Below, in pieces: positions 46,180-61,919 of a stretch of 64,000 nt of DNA. The stretch is from Eledone cirrhosa. Its lineage: Eukaryota. The first letter of the stretch is position 1, and each line of letters starts with the position of its first letter. Location of the stretch: the NCBI GenBank assembly GCA_964016885.1, contig OZ024749.1, forward strand, positions 15,872,001-15,936,000, given 5' to 3'. The notes below the pieces were generated by a model, which had not been told where the DNA came from, ran no database searches, and was given only the letters and a program-made list of their open reading frames with translations. Both the position numbers and the translations under genes were made by a program.

Positions 46180-46945
46180 ATATTTCTTTATTTGCCACAA
46201 GGGCGCACAAGAAAGGGGACAAAACAAGGACACATGTCGGGGATTTTACATACAGTCGTGTAAAAGTATTATTAAGATAAACAAATTTAACAATCGAAAT
46301 CCCCAATAAGGGGGAGGTGCCAAAAATGGGTTGTTTAATACCCCGTAGATAGAACAACGCTCAACTTCAGGAGCGTGTTGTGAAAGTGCTCCTTTCTTCC
46401 TTATGCTCTCTTCTTCAACCTACAGGTTTATATACAGAGAAGGCCCAATCACTCGGGCCATTTTTGCCACATTCACCCACCTTTCAGTAAATTTACTCAG
46501 GTGCAGTGCCTCTTGCTCCACTCTGATTCTCCTTCTAAAGTTGGACTTAAAGAAGGGAATGAGTTGTTGTCCGGAGAGAAAGGCATCTGTCCTCAGTCCT
46601 CTCAATCTCGTCCACCATATAACCTCTTTCACCATAGCCACAGGAAAACTGCCCCCCTTTCATTTTTGAAAGAGGCTGGCGGTTTGATCCTTACTATTGA
46701 CTCGGCAGTCAACTGGATTTGTCCCATACGTGACAGCAGTTGTTCTGCATAGTTCCACAGGTCAGTTACGCCCGGGCAGTGTACAATTGCGTGCAGGATG
46801 GTTTCAATGTCCTGCTCGCATCTTGGACACATCCTCTTGGAAGGATCCCTGCCGGGGCGTCCGTGCCTGTAGATCTTGTCTCGAACTGGTAGAGCTCCTC
46901 GGTAGCACTGCCAGGCCAGGGACTTTTGGAAGTTGTCAGATAGTG
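46180..46945 (-). mobile_element. 5'-truncated L1/Tx1-clade LINE (zf-RVT region, 3' UTR and tail)
   Basis: ORFs 46629-47000 and 46420-46641, joined by a frameshift: SLAWQCYRGALPVRDKI..CPRCEQDIETILHAIVHC..LW..IWWTR. This is the CxxC-H-C zinc knuckle. AATAAA is followed by a (TCTA)n-like tail. Confidence 0.85.
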
Positions 46946-47095
46946 AAGAGGAATAATATTTATAATAATAAGAATAAAAAATAAAAAAATAATAAAGCAA
47001 AATAAAAAGAAGACGAAAGATGTCTTACAAGAGATGGAAATTTCCCCCTGCCCCCTGATGCGAATGGTCGGAAAGAGGTGTAGGGGTCAGGGTGT

Positions 47096-47353
47096 TCACG
47101 GTATGTCATCATCATCTTCCCAAGGTGGTGCTGTGGGTAGCATGTGTTGGTGAAATGAAGATTCTGTGAGGAACACCTGATCTGAAGATGTGTCACAGAG
47201 GAAGGGACTGAAGAGGCGACACGACTCGGTCGGAGAAGGGAAAGAATGATGGAAATAGGTCGGATGGTAGACATCTTGTAATGGCTTTGTACCGATGATG
47301 ATGTCAACTGGAAGTTTGATCTTGCGCGCCAATCCGGAAGGTTTGATGCTCAA
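47096..47353 (-). CDS. Last coding exon of an alpha-arrestin (ARRDC-like) gene
   Basis: Polypyrimidine tract and acag acceptor, phase 0. LSIKPSGLARKIKLPVDIIIGTKPL matches the end of Arrestin_C (L.lPI.IGT.P). The tail contains PTAP and ends at TGA. Confidence 0.85.
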   Translation of the reverse strand: MSIKPSGLARKIKLPVDIIIGTKPLQDVYHPTYFHHSFPSPTESCRLFSPFLCDTSSDQVFLTESSFHQHMLPTAPPWEDDDDIP

Positions 47354-47464
47354 CTGTGTAGAAGAAAGACAAAGAGATAGACAGAGAGAAATTAATATAT
47401 AAATGGGTTATAAAAACGGAGTGTACTCATTATAACCTCGTCAATTTATATCTATCTATCTATA

Positions 47465-47682
47465 TATTGAAAGAGTGAAGAATAACATGGTCAACAGTAC
47501 AAAAAGGGTTTATTTACAGTCTAACAATTGTTTCACTGATTAAGTTATCTAAAAATTGCTGAACACTTGAAGTAGTGTCACTCAATTTTAAATATGTTGT
47601 TAGCTTAACCAGATCATCATAGAAACTGTAAATAAAACCCTTTTTTGTACTGTTGACCATATTATTCTTCACTCTTTCAATA
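47465..47682. mobile_element. Palindromic insert with long spacer, 3' half of hammerhead
   Basis: Arms 47465-47520 and 47625-47682. Minus strand GAAAC aatt GTT agactgta AATAAA. Confidence 0.55.
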
Positions 47683-48576
47683 ATAATACTCCAAGATAAA
47701 CTTACATAGGGATGCAAGAGAGCTACTAAACTCGCCACCTACGTAAACTTCTTGTTGAGTCAAACAACGCCGTACGCTAAAACTATCCACAATACGGGGT
47801 ATTCACAACCTCTAACTGGATTACCTATAACGATATTTTGTTATCCCATATCTATCTATCTATCTATCTATCTCTCTATCTCTCTATCTATCTCTCTATA
47901 TATATATATAGTGTAGGTAGTAAAATGAATTACTGGTGTTGGTACCAAATCAACCACTCTATACACAGGAAGAGTCTATATAATAGAAACAAATGAGGAA
48001 GTTTCATTTACATATTAAAAATATTGTGTATTGACCTGTCACGCACGTTTCACAGAGGATTGGCTCAAGGTGACCCATAGGAGTTATGGACCCGATACCA
48101 GTATTGATTCAGGAACTTTCAGAGAATAAATTGGAACATTCAGTAATTCCATGAAAGTATCATGGTCAGACTTTAAAGGAGTGATGCTAGAGCTGTGAAT
48201 TATTGCATGCATTGATTTCAACTCTTCTTATTAATAACTGCATAGTTTCTTCCCAGGGACTATGAAAAATAAACCTCATTTGGTCATTCCATGAGAGTAT
48301 CTTGGTTAGCCTATGAACTTTTCAGCTGACCCTTATACAGATATCTTACTAAAATAGTAAAAAAAATTTAAATCATCTCGTTCTATAGATATTTTCTACA
48401 TTTGGTGTAACGTGTGTAGATCTGATAAAATGTTATAAGGAATTGATTGATGAGATCTCAGAGTTCATTCACTTACCAGGTGGGGCAGAACTTATCAAAT
48501 CAGACCAAGGAAACAATGTTTACATTGGTCTTTCTAGTGATGATATTATCTACCAGTGACAACTCCTGGCAGAAAG

Positions 48577-48695
48577 AGCAACATGAAATAAAGTGTCTTG
48601 CTCAAGGACATAACACATCGCCCGGTCTAGGAATCAAACTCGCAAACTCACAATTGCAAATGGAATTCTTTACCTACTAAACCACGCACCTTCAC
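48577..48695 (-). mobile_element. Meta/V-like tRNA SINE fragment
   Basis: gagcaacatgaaataaagtgtcttgctcaaggaca..cacgcaccttcac, homologous to 28795-28960. Confidence 0.7.
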
Positions 48696-48708
48696 TAAAA
48701 TGGTATAA

Positions 48709-49678
<970 letters not shown>

Positions 49679-49712
49679 TTCTCTCTAAACCGTTGGTTGT
49701 ATTACATCATAA

Positions 49713-50759
49713 TCTATAAAGCTCAGTGTGCGGTCATGCTCCTTTCTTATAGAAATCTACGATATAGAATTTCTTCAATTGAAATTTACAATTCAGTATT
49801 CGAAATAGCTTCGATTGCGTCTTGGCACAGATAATTTTTTCAATTTCACCCACAATTACGCAAAAATAGATAAAACTCAATATTTTACGATTTTTCTCTG
49901 TCATTTAAACTGCTAAACTCTTTCCACTACCATTCAAAATCTATACAACTTCATACTTTCTGCTACTTTCTCTTTCCAAGCTTGAATGTGATACTGTCCG
50001 TTTTACTCTCTCATATCATCTGCTTTCCTCTAACTACAACCCACACATTTTGTTACTTTCTCTTTTATACAGATACATTTATTCAACAACAAGCGATAAA
50101 TCTTTTTTAAAACCTCTTTTCCAAACACATACAAACACACACTCACTTCAACAACAACAACAACAATCTGCCTTTTATAGATAATGATAAACAATAATAT
50201 CCTCTATGAGGTCACTAAACCTGCTAGAAACAACAGCTAACTCTCCCCCATACCACACCCCTCCCTAATGTCTTAAATTTAGAAAACATATCTTCTATGA
50301 GGTCACTAAACCTGCTAGAAACAGCAGCTAACTCTCCCGCATATCACACCACTCCCTACTGTCTTAAATTTAGAAAACACATATCCTCTATGAGGTCACT
50401 AAACCTGCTAGAAACAACAGCTAACTCTCCCTCATATCACAACCCTCCCTACTGTCTTAAATTTAGAAAACACACAGACAACTATGCAGAACAACTCCAT
50501 CGCAGCTCTGTTGTTCGGCTGGCATCGTCTACGCGCGTGTTGCGCAAGTACTGTGAAACAATAAATTTCAACACTTTTTTGCACAGAGATAATATCCATA
50601 GGCAAAACTACAATTGTCACTGCTGGCGCAGCTCCTGCTTCCAGGTCTGCAATTCATTCACCCAGTACCTGGCAGACAAAACGTGCTGCCATAAAATGGG
50701 TGGTGCAACCTAACTTTGTTAACTTAATGACCCCGAGCAACGCCGGGCTTTAATGCTAG
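49713..50759 (+). mobile_element. Non-autonomous Helitron containing a 92-bp x3 tandem repeat (50197-50470)
   Basis: A|TCTATA start and gaccccgagcaacgccgggctttaatgCTAG|T end. The 5' boundary is less certain. Confidence 0.65.
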
Positions 50760-51914
50760 TATATAATATGTATATATATATATATATAATGAGCGTGTGT
50801 GTATATATATATATATACATATATAATGAGCGTGTGTATATATATATATATAAATAAATATATATATGTGCGTGTATATATATATACATATACAATGAGT
50901 GTGTGTGTGTATATATATGTATATATACACCCCCCCCCCCCCCACCCCCACCCCCGACCATACTCCCCCCACCCCCACACCACACCACACCGCACCCGAC
51001 CGCACTCCCACCACACCCCCCACCACACCACACTCCCACCACACCTCCATCACACCACACTCCCACCACACCCCAACCACACACCCACCACACCGTACCA
51101 CACCACACTCCCACCACACCCCCACCACACCCCCATCACACCACACCATACCACACCACACTCCCACCACACCACACCCCCACCACACCACACCACACCA
51201 TTCAATTCACACACGTCACAGAAACGTCAGACTAACACCAATCGTCCCACACACTTCTCTTTCTTTCTCTCTCTCTCATCTTCTTTCTCTCTCTCTTCAC
51301 CTCTGTTCTTTCTTCTTCTCTCCCACTCTCTCCTCCACTGTCTTCTCTCTCTGTCCTCTCCCCCTCTCTCTCTTTCACTGTCCTCTCTCACTCCACCTAT
51401 GCCCACCCACTCTTTCTTTCTCCCACTGTCCTCACTCTCCACCTATGCCCACACCCACTCTCTCTCCCCACCTATGCCCACCCACACTCTCTCTCTCCCA
51501 CTGTCCCCTCTCTCTCCCCACCTATGCCCACACACTCTCTCTCCCCCACTGTTCTCTCTCTCTTTCCACCTACGCCCACCCACTCTCTCTCTCCCGACTG
51601 TCCTCTCTCTCTCTCCACTGCTGCCTCCTCGCTCTCTCTTCTCCCCCCTCTCTCTCCCCCACAGTCCTCTATCTAATAAACCCCACTCTATAGTAACACT
51701 ATAACCAACAAAAAGAGAAAGCCACTTATGTATGTAGTATGTTGTCAGATGGATATCTAGTTGTCATGGTATTGCCATGGTGATGATGACTCAAGTGCAA
51801 TCCGATGCAATCCGTTGCAATGACGCCAGGATTCGATGACAATAATAAACAACGCTAGCAACATTCTCAAATATCTCACGGCTCTTTTATGTCGCTCTGA
51901 AACCTGCTATTGCC

Positions 51915-53016
51915 TTGTTGTGTTTGTTGCGTGTTTGTTGTGTGACTGTTGTGTGTTTGTTGTGTGTGTTTCTTGTGCGACTGTTGTGTGACTGTTGCAT
52001 GTTTGTTGTGTGACTGCTGTGTGTTTGTTGTGTGTTTGTTATGTGTGACTTGTGTGACTGTTGTGTGTTTGTTGTGTGTTTGTTGTGTGTTTGTTGTGTG
52101 ATTGTTGTGTGTGTGTTGTATGACTGTTGTGTGACTGTTGTGTGTTTGTTGTGTGTGTTTCTTGTGTGACTGTTGTGTGTTTGTTGTGTGTTTGTTGTGT
52201 GACTGTTGTGTGTTTGTTGTGTGTTTGTTGTGTGTTTGTTGTGTGTGTTTCTTGTGCGACTGTTGTGTGTTTGTTGTGTGTTTGTTGTGTGACTGTTGTG
52301 TGTTTGTTGTGTGTTTGTTGTGTGTTTGTTGTGTGTGTTTGTTGTGCGACTGTTGTGTGTTTGTTGTGTGACTGTTGTGTGTTTGTTGTGTGTTTGTTGT
52401 GTGTGTTTCTTGTGCGACTGTTGTGTGTTTGTTGTGTGTTTGTTGTGTGACTGTTGTGTGTTTCTGGTGTGTTTGTTATGTGTGACTTGTGTGACTTGTG
52501 TGTTTGTTGTGTGTTTGTTGTGTGTGACTGTTGTGTGACTGTTGCATGTTTGTTGTGTGTTTGTTGTGTGTGACTGTTGTGTGTGACTGTTGTGTGACTG
52601 TTTCATGTTTGTTGTGTTTGTTGTGTGTGACTGTTGTGTGTTTGCTGTGTGTTTTTTGTGTGTGACTGTTGTGTGGCTGTTGTGTGTTTGTTGTGCGTTT
52701 GTTGTGTGACTGTTGTGTTTTGTTGTGTGTTTGTTGTGCGTGTTTCTTATGTGACTGTTGTGTGTTGTGTGTTTGTTTGTTGTATGTTTTTGTTGTGTGT
52801 TTTTGTGTGTTTTTGTAGTGTGTTTGTTGTGTGTTTGGAGATAGTGTTTCAATGTGTGTTTATTGTGTGTTTCTTGTGTGTTTGTTGTTGTAGTTTGTTG
52901 TGCGTTGTATGTTGTATGTTTTTGTTGTGTGTTTGGAGAGCATGTTTGTTGCTGTGTTTGTTGTTGTGTGTTTGGTGTTGTGTGTTTGTTATTGTGTGTC
53001 TGTTATGTGTTTGTTG
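51915..53016. repeat. Compound TG-rich minisatellite (tgttgtgtgtt / tgtgactgt)
   Basis: Direct reading. Confidence 0.9.
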
Positions 53017-53452
53017 TGTTTTGATGTGTGCTTGTTTTTGTGTTTTGTTGTATATTTTGTTGTGTTTTTTGCATGGTTTGTTTTTTTATGAAATTAATTT
53101 GATGTATATAAAAATGTATGAATGTATATATGTATGTATAAAGAAAGAGAGACACACATATTTATGTGCATAATATATATATACATATATATATCCCTTG
53201 GGGGAGGTGGATGTAGCAAACATAAATCAGTTGTTAATCATAATTAAAACAAATAGATTTAAAGTGAGATAGGGAGTGTGTGATAGATAGAGAGTGAGAA
53301 AGAGAGAGAGTGAAAGAGAGAGTGAGAGGGAGAGAGGGAGAGGGGGAGAGAGAGAGAGAGAGAAAGAGAGAATAGATTGATAGATAGATAGTTAGATGGA
53401 TAGATTGATATATAAATAGATACATAGATAAATATATATATATATATATATA

Positions 53453-54064
53453 TGGTGGCTGCCAACTCGTTTTCGAGTACGGCCACTACTTTATATCCAT
53501 GTAGGAGAACCCCTACCGATGTGCTCAACGAGTGTGAATTTTTAGTCCAGCCAGCGACTTGAAAACTCTGGTACAAACACTACACTTGTGACAATTATCG
53601 ACACATCGTGCTTTGCCTTTGGTACCATGTGACGACAAGTGCAGAGAGATCTCCAGATATAAAGCAATGCCTGTGCCGTGAAGCTTTTATAGTGAGCAAA
53701 GGCACTGCACAAAGCCAGTCCCACTCTCTTAACCAAGATGATATTTACCAAAAAGAAGAACAAGTCAACATCATTGGATACCATCAGGGTTGCAGGTGTT
53801 ATATCAGAGTTTTCCTTCTCCTAGAATTCTACCTTGACAAAGGCTAAGGGGTCATCTCTCCCAGTGATTTTGGATGGCCATTGACTCTTAAGAGCTCCTT
53901 TGCCCTTTGACAGGTTTTGTTTTCAGTCCTGCAGGATGTCCAAAGTCACCCTCCTCACCAAGAAACCTTGGTGGGGTTGCCAGTTTAGTCGCCAACGACC
54001 CGACCATGAGACAGGTTGTACTGGGATACATGTTACCACTAGCACCAACTGGTGACCTGACATA
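53453..54064 (-). mobile_element. RTE-related non-autonomous retroelement (longest copy), flanked by a ~435-bp direct repeat
   Basis: Homologous to the 28991 and 59745 copies. Flanks 53017-53452 and 54065-~54525 are near-identical. Confidence 0.8.
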
Positions 54065-54386
54065 TGTTTTGATGTGTGCTTGTTTTTGTGTTTTGTTGTA
54101 TATTTTGTTGTGTTTTTTGCATGGTTTGTTTTTTTATGAAATTAATTTGATGTATGTAAAAATGTATGAATGTATATATGTATGTATAAAGAAAGAGAGA
54201 CACACATATTTATGTGCATAATATATATATACATATATATATTCCCTTGGGGGAGGTGGATGTAGCAAACATAAATCAGTTGTTAATCATAATTAAAACA
54301 AATAGATTTAAAGTGAGATAGGGAGTGTGTGATAGATAGAGAGTGAGAAAGAGAGAGAGTGATGGAGAGAGTGAGAGGGAGAGAGG

Positions 54387-54440
<54 letters not shown>

Positions 54441-54500
54441 AAGAGAGAATAGATTGATAGATAGTTAGATGGATAGATTGATATATAAATAGATACATAG

Positions 54501-54560
<60 letters not shown>

Positions 54561-54580
54561 ATGTATGTATATATAAATAC

Positions 54581-54677
<97 letters not shown>

Positions 54678-54698
54678 CACACATATATATATATATAC

Positions 54699-54777
<79 letters not shown>

Positions 54778-54810
54778 TATATATATAGAAATAGAGAGGG
54801 CAGAGAGAGA

Positions 54811-54849
<39 letters not shown>

Positions 54850-55028
54850 GGATAGATAGATCGATAGATAGAGAGTAGGAGGATGGTGTGAGGAGAAAGT
54901 GGCAGTGAAAGAGTAAGAGAGTATCAGTGACAGGGAGGGGCAGAAGTTGGAAGTGGAGGAAACATTGATTCATTTGGTGGGTGGGGGGTGGTGGTCGGTG
55001 GGGTATGGGGGTAGATAGTGTTACTTAC

Positions 55029-55211
55029 CTCTAGACAGTATTGTACATCAATTATCTTACATCCCCGCAAGTGTGACGGCGGCACAGTGGGGATACTCAA
55101 CAACTCTCTCTGCCACATCTGTTTTCCCCGCGGACTAATTCCACTCTTGTGAATGGTCACCAGAACCGTAGACTCTGAGAACCGGCCTCGGTATGAATAA
55201 TATGTTACGTT
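55029..55211 (-). CDS. Internal exon of the alpha-arrestin (ARRDC-like) gene, Arrestin_C domain
   Basis: ttaacag|...|gtaagt, 183 nt, phase 0/0. NVTYYSYRGRFSESTVLVTIHKSGISPRGKQMWQRELLSIPTVPPSHLRGCKIIDVQYCLE contains the IP..PPS.L..C.II.V.Y.L arrestin-C motif and splices in frame to 47353. Confidence 0.9.
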
Positions 55212-55323
55212 CTGTTAACAAACAACAACAACAATAAATTATAGATTTGCAATTTAAAACAAAAAGAAAATACAACAAATTTCAGTTAAATTATAAAACA
55301 TTTGCTATAAAAACTGGTCAAAA

Positions 55324-55885
55324 TCAAGACATCTGGTGGCTTTGTACCTGAACCGTCAAGACATCTGGTGACTTTGGCACCTGAACTGTCAAGACATCTG
55401 GTGTCTTTGGTACCTGAACTGTCAAGACATCTGGTGACTTTGGCACCTGAACTGTCAAGACATCTGGTGTCTTTGGTACTTGAACTGTCAAGACATGTGG
55501 TGTCTTGGTACCTGAACTGTCAAGAGATCTGGTGTCTTTGGTACACTGAACTGTCAAGATGTCTGGTGTCTTTGGTACCTGAACTGTCAAGACATCTGGT
55601 GACTTTGGCACCTGAAGTGTCAAGACATCTGGTGTCTTTAGCACCTGAACTGTCAAGACATTTGGTGTCTTTGGTACCTGAACTGTCAAGACATCTGGTG
55701 TCTTTGGCACCTGAACTGTTGGGACATCTGGTGTCTTTGGCACCTGAACTGTCAAGACATCTGGTGTCTTTGGCACCTGAACTGTTGGGACATCTGGTGT
55801 CTTTGATACCTGAACTCTCGAGACATCTGGTGACGTTGGAGTCTTAAATGTTGAGACATCCGGTATCTTGGGTACCTGAAATGTT
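55324..55885. repeat. 33-bp intronic minisatellite (cctgaactgtcaagacatctggtgtctttggca), ~17 copies
   Basis: Direct reading. Confidence 0.95.
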
Positions 55886-56266
55886 GCAGTTTTCATCCAA
55901 AAATGCAGAGTCGTGCACCCCCACATGAACAAGCAGCCCCTGAGAGGTGGTGTGGCTGATGTAGCATGAGTTGCTGACTGTTCTCTGTGGCAATGGTGCC
56001 GTGAGGCGGGCACAGCTGAGATATACCAGCTTGACAGGGGAAGAACTGGGGGTAGAGTCTGTCACACCCTCTAACTTACCTCATGTTTTCATTATTTAAT
56101 TGTTTTTTTTCTTCTTTATTTTATAACAAAAACAAAGATAAGAACACCATAAACATAAGTCTCCATTTTGTTTTTATCACCACGTATCATTATCACAGAC
56201 AGTCACGTAATTTATAGTATATAATACATATCATATATATATATATGTGTATATATATATATATAT

Positions 56267-56321
<55 letters not shown>

Positions 56322-56440
56322 GAGAGAGAGAGAGATAGGTAGATAGATACATAGATATATCATACCAAAGCAGAATTCCGCTATATCATAGTATATATAT
56401 ATAAAGAGTGTTTTTATTGTCAAGGGTAATCATGATGTTA

Positions 56441-57402
<962 letters not shown>

Positions 57403-57414
57403 TATATATATATA

Positions 57415-58437
57415 CTAGCAGCAGGATCCGGCGTTGCACAGGGTAGAAAACGTGAAATACCAACACGCATATGCAAAGATTGAGAAATGTAGCTGTGTAC
57501 TTTTTGAATTCCCTTATTCTCAGGGAACGATTGTTCATCTACTGGAAACGTAGAACACCAGCAGGCCCGAATCGTGAAACATCTGCATGCATGTGCAACT
57601 TTTAAAGAGTATCGCTGGATACTCTTTAAGCGTACTAAATATCAGAGTATGATTTTTCGTCCATTTGGAGAAAATCGGTTAGGTACTTTTCGAGTTTTAT
57701 AGATTCGTAACACAGCAACAAAGGTGCGACAAAAGGGGTCACCGCGGAATTAACACAACCGCTGTTCGGCGTACTTGCGCAGGGCGTTCATACTGCCGTG
57801 TAGGTGCAACAAAAGTGGTTTTAATAGAAGTAGCACAGACGTGAGTTTTACGGTGTCAATAACACATCAACGTAAACAGGGCCCGGATTTGCGCGTGATG
57901 AAAGCACGAAGCGTCAATAGGGCGCCGACAAAAATTTTAAGGTCCTCCTCATTTCCTCAATCCCCCGAAAATGGTTCTGCTTAAAAGTAAATAAGTGTTG
58001 TATCCTCTGTTAAATAAACCACATTTTTAACGAAATATTATACGCTACTTAAGTAGCGTTTATATTGATAATGAAAATGACATGTAATGCCCAATGCTGA
58101 TTCGTAAATTTCCTAGAAACCATTAATGCAATCGGAATTTTTTTTGTCTACAGCAATGCGAGGGGACTAACTAATGTGTGCTGCACATTTCGAGAAAATA
58201 GGCTGGATTATCTTTAAGTTACGCCTCAAAAAAGCCTAAAAATGCATTTAAAGTGCGGTTTTTCGCCTAATGCAGGCTCTAGAGGAAAAAAAAAGTAAAA
58301 TGTTAGCCCATTGCACTTCGAGAAATATAAGTAACGCATGTGTAAAGTTTTAAAAAAATCGGTCGGGTACTTCTCGAGTTTTAGGGATTTACACAAACAC
58401 ACAGACAGACAGACATACTCTGTTATATATATATAGA
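57415..58437 (-). mobile_element. Non-autonomous Helitron
   Basis: Minus strand TCTATATATA..(gtct)n start and ccctgtgcaacgccgga..tgCTAG|T end. Confidence 0.75.
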
Positions 58438-58620
58438 TATAGATATATACATACATATATATATAGATTATCCTGATCGAGCCCTCTTTGGATTTTAGTC
58501 TTCAAATTTATTATTATTACTATATATATATATATACACACACACGGTTGCAAGAAACTCTCAGGAGAGCTGGACAGCAGAAAGTCTTCTGGGTTTATGT
58601 ATGTATGCGCGTGTATATAA

Positions 58621-58667
<47 letters not shown>

Positions 58668-59142
58668 TGTGTGTGTGTGTGCGCGCGCGCGCGTGTGCGT
58701 GTGTGTATAATTGGCTCAATGACGTCATATCAATAAAAGTTTATGTATCTATTGACAACTATAACTGGCTAGAAATGAATTCATTTATGGGGAACTTAAT
58801 ACAGAATGTCGGAATATACATATACTGACATACACACCAAACACACACACACATACACACATACACACATACACACGCACACACATACAGACACATAGTT
58901 ATATATATGTACATATGTATATTTGCACATAGCTAGAAATAAATACATATAAAAATATACATACATACACATATATATATAAATATACACATATATTTGA
59001 AAGTGTGTGCGTATATATTTACACACACACACACATATATATATATATCAATGTATATATATATCAATGTATATATATATATATATATATAATGTATGTA
59101 TATATATATATATATATATCAATGTATATATATATTATAATG

Positions 59143-59173
<31 letters not shown>

Positions 59174-59201
59174 CAATGTATATATATATATATATATATC
59201 A

Positions 59202-59235
<34 letters not shown>

Positions 59236-59237
<2 letters not shown>

Positions 59238-59418
59238 GTTTCTACTTTTGGCACAAGGCCATCAATTACCCAGTGTATTACTGGTAGTTTATTTTATCGA
59301 CCCCGTAAGGATGAAAGGCAAAGTTAACCTCGGCGGGATTTGAACTCAGAATGGCAAGGGCCGTAACTCTATGCGTCAAAGCATGCCGTCCGACTCTCTA
59401 CCGATACTGCCAATCCAC
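59236..59418 (-). mobile_element. Nin-like tRNA SINE
   Basis: Same family as 24691 and 30837. Confidence 0.85.
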
Positions 59419-59612
59419 ATAATGTATGTAAATATATAAATAGATAAATAAATGCCATTGTTAAATAATAAATAAATCAACTAATACCTTAACACTTCAC
59501 ACAAAGTAAAACATTTCGTTTTAATCATTTTCTAACCCAGAAAAAAGAGAAAAACAAAAAATGAAAAAAATATATTTTTCTTCCTAATAATCATCTCTTT
59601 CTCCCTGTTTTC

Positions 59613-59686
<74 letters not shown>

Positions 59687-59744
59687 ATATATGTATGTAT
59701 GTATATATATATATGCATGTATATATATATGTATGCATATATAT

Positions 59745-60100
59745 CTTTCCCGGTGATTTTGGATGGCCATTCACTCTTAAGGGCTCCTTGTTGACTTGTT
59801 CTTCTTTTTGGTAAATATCATCTTAAGAGAGTGGGACTGGCTTTGTGCAGTGCCTTTGCTCACTATAAAAGCTTCACGGCACAGGCATTGCTTTATATCT
59901 GGAGATCTCTCTGCACATGTCGTCACATGGTACCATGGGCCCAACACTATGTGTCAATAATTGTCACAGGTGTAGTGTTTGTACCAGAGTTTTCAAGTCG
60001 CTGGCTGGACTAAAAAGTCACACTCGTTCAGCACATCGGTAGGGTTCTCCTACATGGATATAAAGTAGTGGCCGTACTCGAAAACGAGTTGGCAGCCACC

Positions 60101-60101
<1 letters not shown>
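59745..60101 (+). mobile_element. RTE-related non-autonomous element with an inverted 5' piece
   Basis: ~59790-60101 is the reverse complement of the 53453 copy. 59745-59789 matches 53855-53900 in the opposite relative orientation. Confidence 0.7.
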
Positions 60102-60142
<41 letters not shown>

Positions 60143-60949
60143 GCAGGCATATATAAATCTTAAATTGTTTTCCTCTCTATAATATAATGTAATATAATGT
60201 AAGGTAAAGTAAGGTATTGTAATGTAATGTAATGTAAATGTATTCGCGACTATTTTTAGCCGCAGTTTCGTATTTCTATTTTGACACTTTAGCAGAGACG
60301 TGAATGAAATGAGAGAATGTGTTCGCCTCACACCCTGTTACACCACCGTCATGAACACCACCACCACCACCACCACCGCCACGGCCTACATCATCATCAC
60401 CACAACACGACCACCACAACACCACCACCACCACTATACCACCGCTATCAACACCACCACCACCACGGCCTACATCATCACCACCACAACACCACTACCA
60501 CCACTATCACCACCGCTATCAACACCACCACCACCACAACACCACCACCACCACTATCACCACCGCTATCAACACCACCACCACCACGGCCTACATCATC
60601 ATCACCACAACACCACGACCAAGACAACCCTCTCCACCACCACAACCATTACCACTACCACTACCACCACTACCACCACCACCACCACCACCAAGACAAC
60701 CTTCTCCACCACCTCCACCACCACCTCCACCACCACAACCACTACCACTACCAACAACAACAACAACAACATATCACACACAATACATTCATTCATTTAT
60801 TTATTCATTCATACCAAAACATAAAAAGGGTGCCCAAGAACATGGATAATATATATATAGATATTTATATACATTTATATGTGTGTGTGCATGAATCTCT
60901 CTCTGTATATATATATATGTGTATATATATATATACACATGTATGTATG

Positions 60950-60988
<39 letters not shown>

Positions 60989-60994
60989 TCATAC

Positions 60995-61071
<77 letters not shown>

Positions 61072-61888
61072 CATATATATACATACATATATAAATATAT
61101 ATATATATACATACATGTGTATATATATATATACATATATATATACAAACATGTGTGTATATATATATATATAAATATATATATACATCTCTCTCTCTCT
61201 ATATATATATATATATGTGTGTGTGAGTGTGTGTGTGTGTGAGTGTGTGTGTGTGTGTGAGTGTGTGTGTGTGTGAGAGTGTGTGTGTATGTGTGTGTGT
61301 GTGTGAGTGTGTGTGTGTGTGTGTGAGCGTGTGTGTGTGTGAGAGAGAGTGTGTGTGTGTGTGTGTGTGAGTGTGTGTGTGTGAGTGTGTGTGTGTGAGA
61401 GAGTGTGTGTGTATGTGTGTATGTGTGTGTGTGTGTGAGTGTGTGTGTGTGTGTGAGTGTGTGTGTGTGAGTGTGTGTGTGTGAGAGAGTGTGTGTGTAT
61501 GTGTGTATGTGTGTGTGTGTGAGAGTGTGTGTGTGTGTGTGAGTGTGTGTGTGTGAGTGTGTGTGTGTGAGAGAGTGTGTGTGTATGTGTGTATGTGTGT
61601 GTGTGTGAGTGTGTGTGTAAAAAAGAAATAGGAGAGAGTGTGAGAGAAAATAGATTGCTATTATTATAAAAATGTCTTACAAAAGATATCAATAATTGAA
61701 ATCATAAATTTATCTGTACACAATACACACATACATACACACATACATACACACATACACATAACACACACACACACAAACATACATATATATGTAGAAA
61801 TACATAAATATATATATATGTATATATGTGTGGGTGTATGTGTGTGTGTATATATGTGTGGGTGTATGTGTGTGTGTATATATACAGA

Positions 61889-61919
<31 letters not shown>

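Noticed and set aside
47910-48130. Possible additional hammerhead insert (tail with accactc, minus-strand GAAACgtgcGTG)
   Set aside because: No intact CTGANGA, a non-cleavable triplet and no inverted arm. At best a decayed relic.
55324-56085. ORFs and a gtaagt donor upstream of the arrestin exon
   Set aside because: Minisatellite-derived or without arrestin similarity, and no credible acceptor. The upstream arrestin exons probably lie beyond the window.
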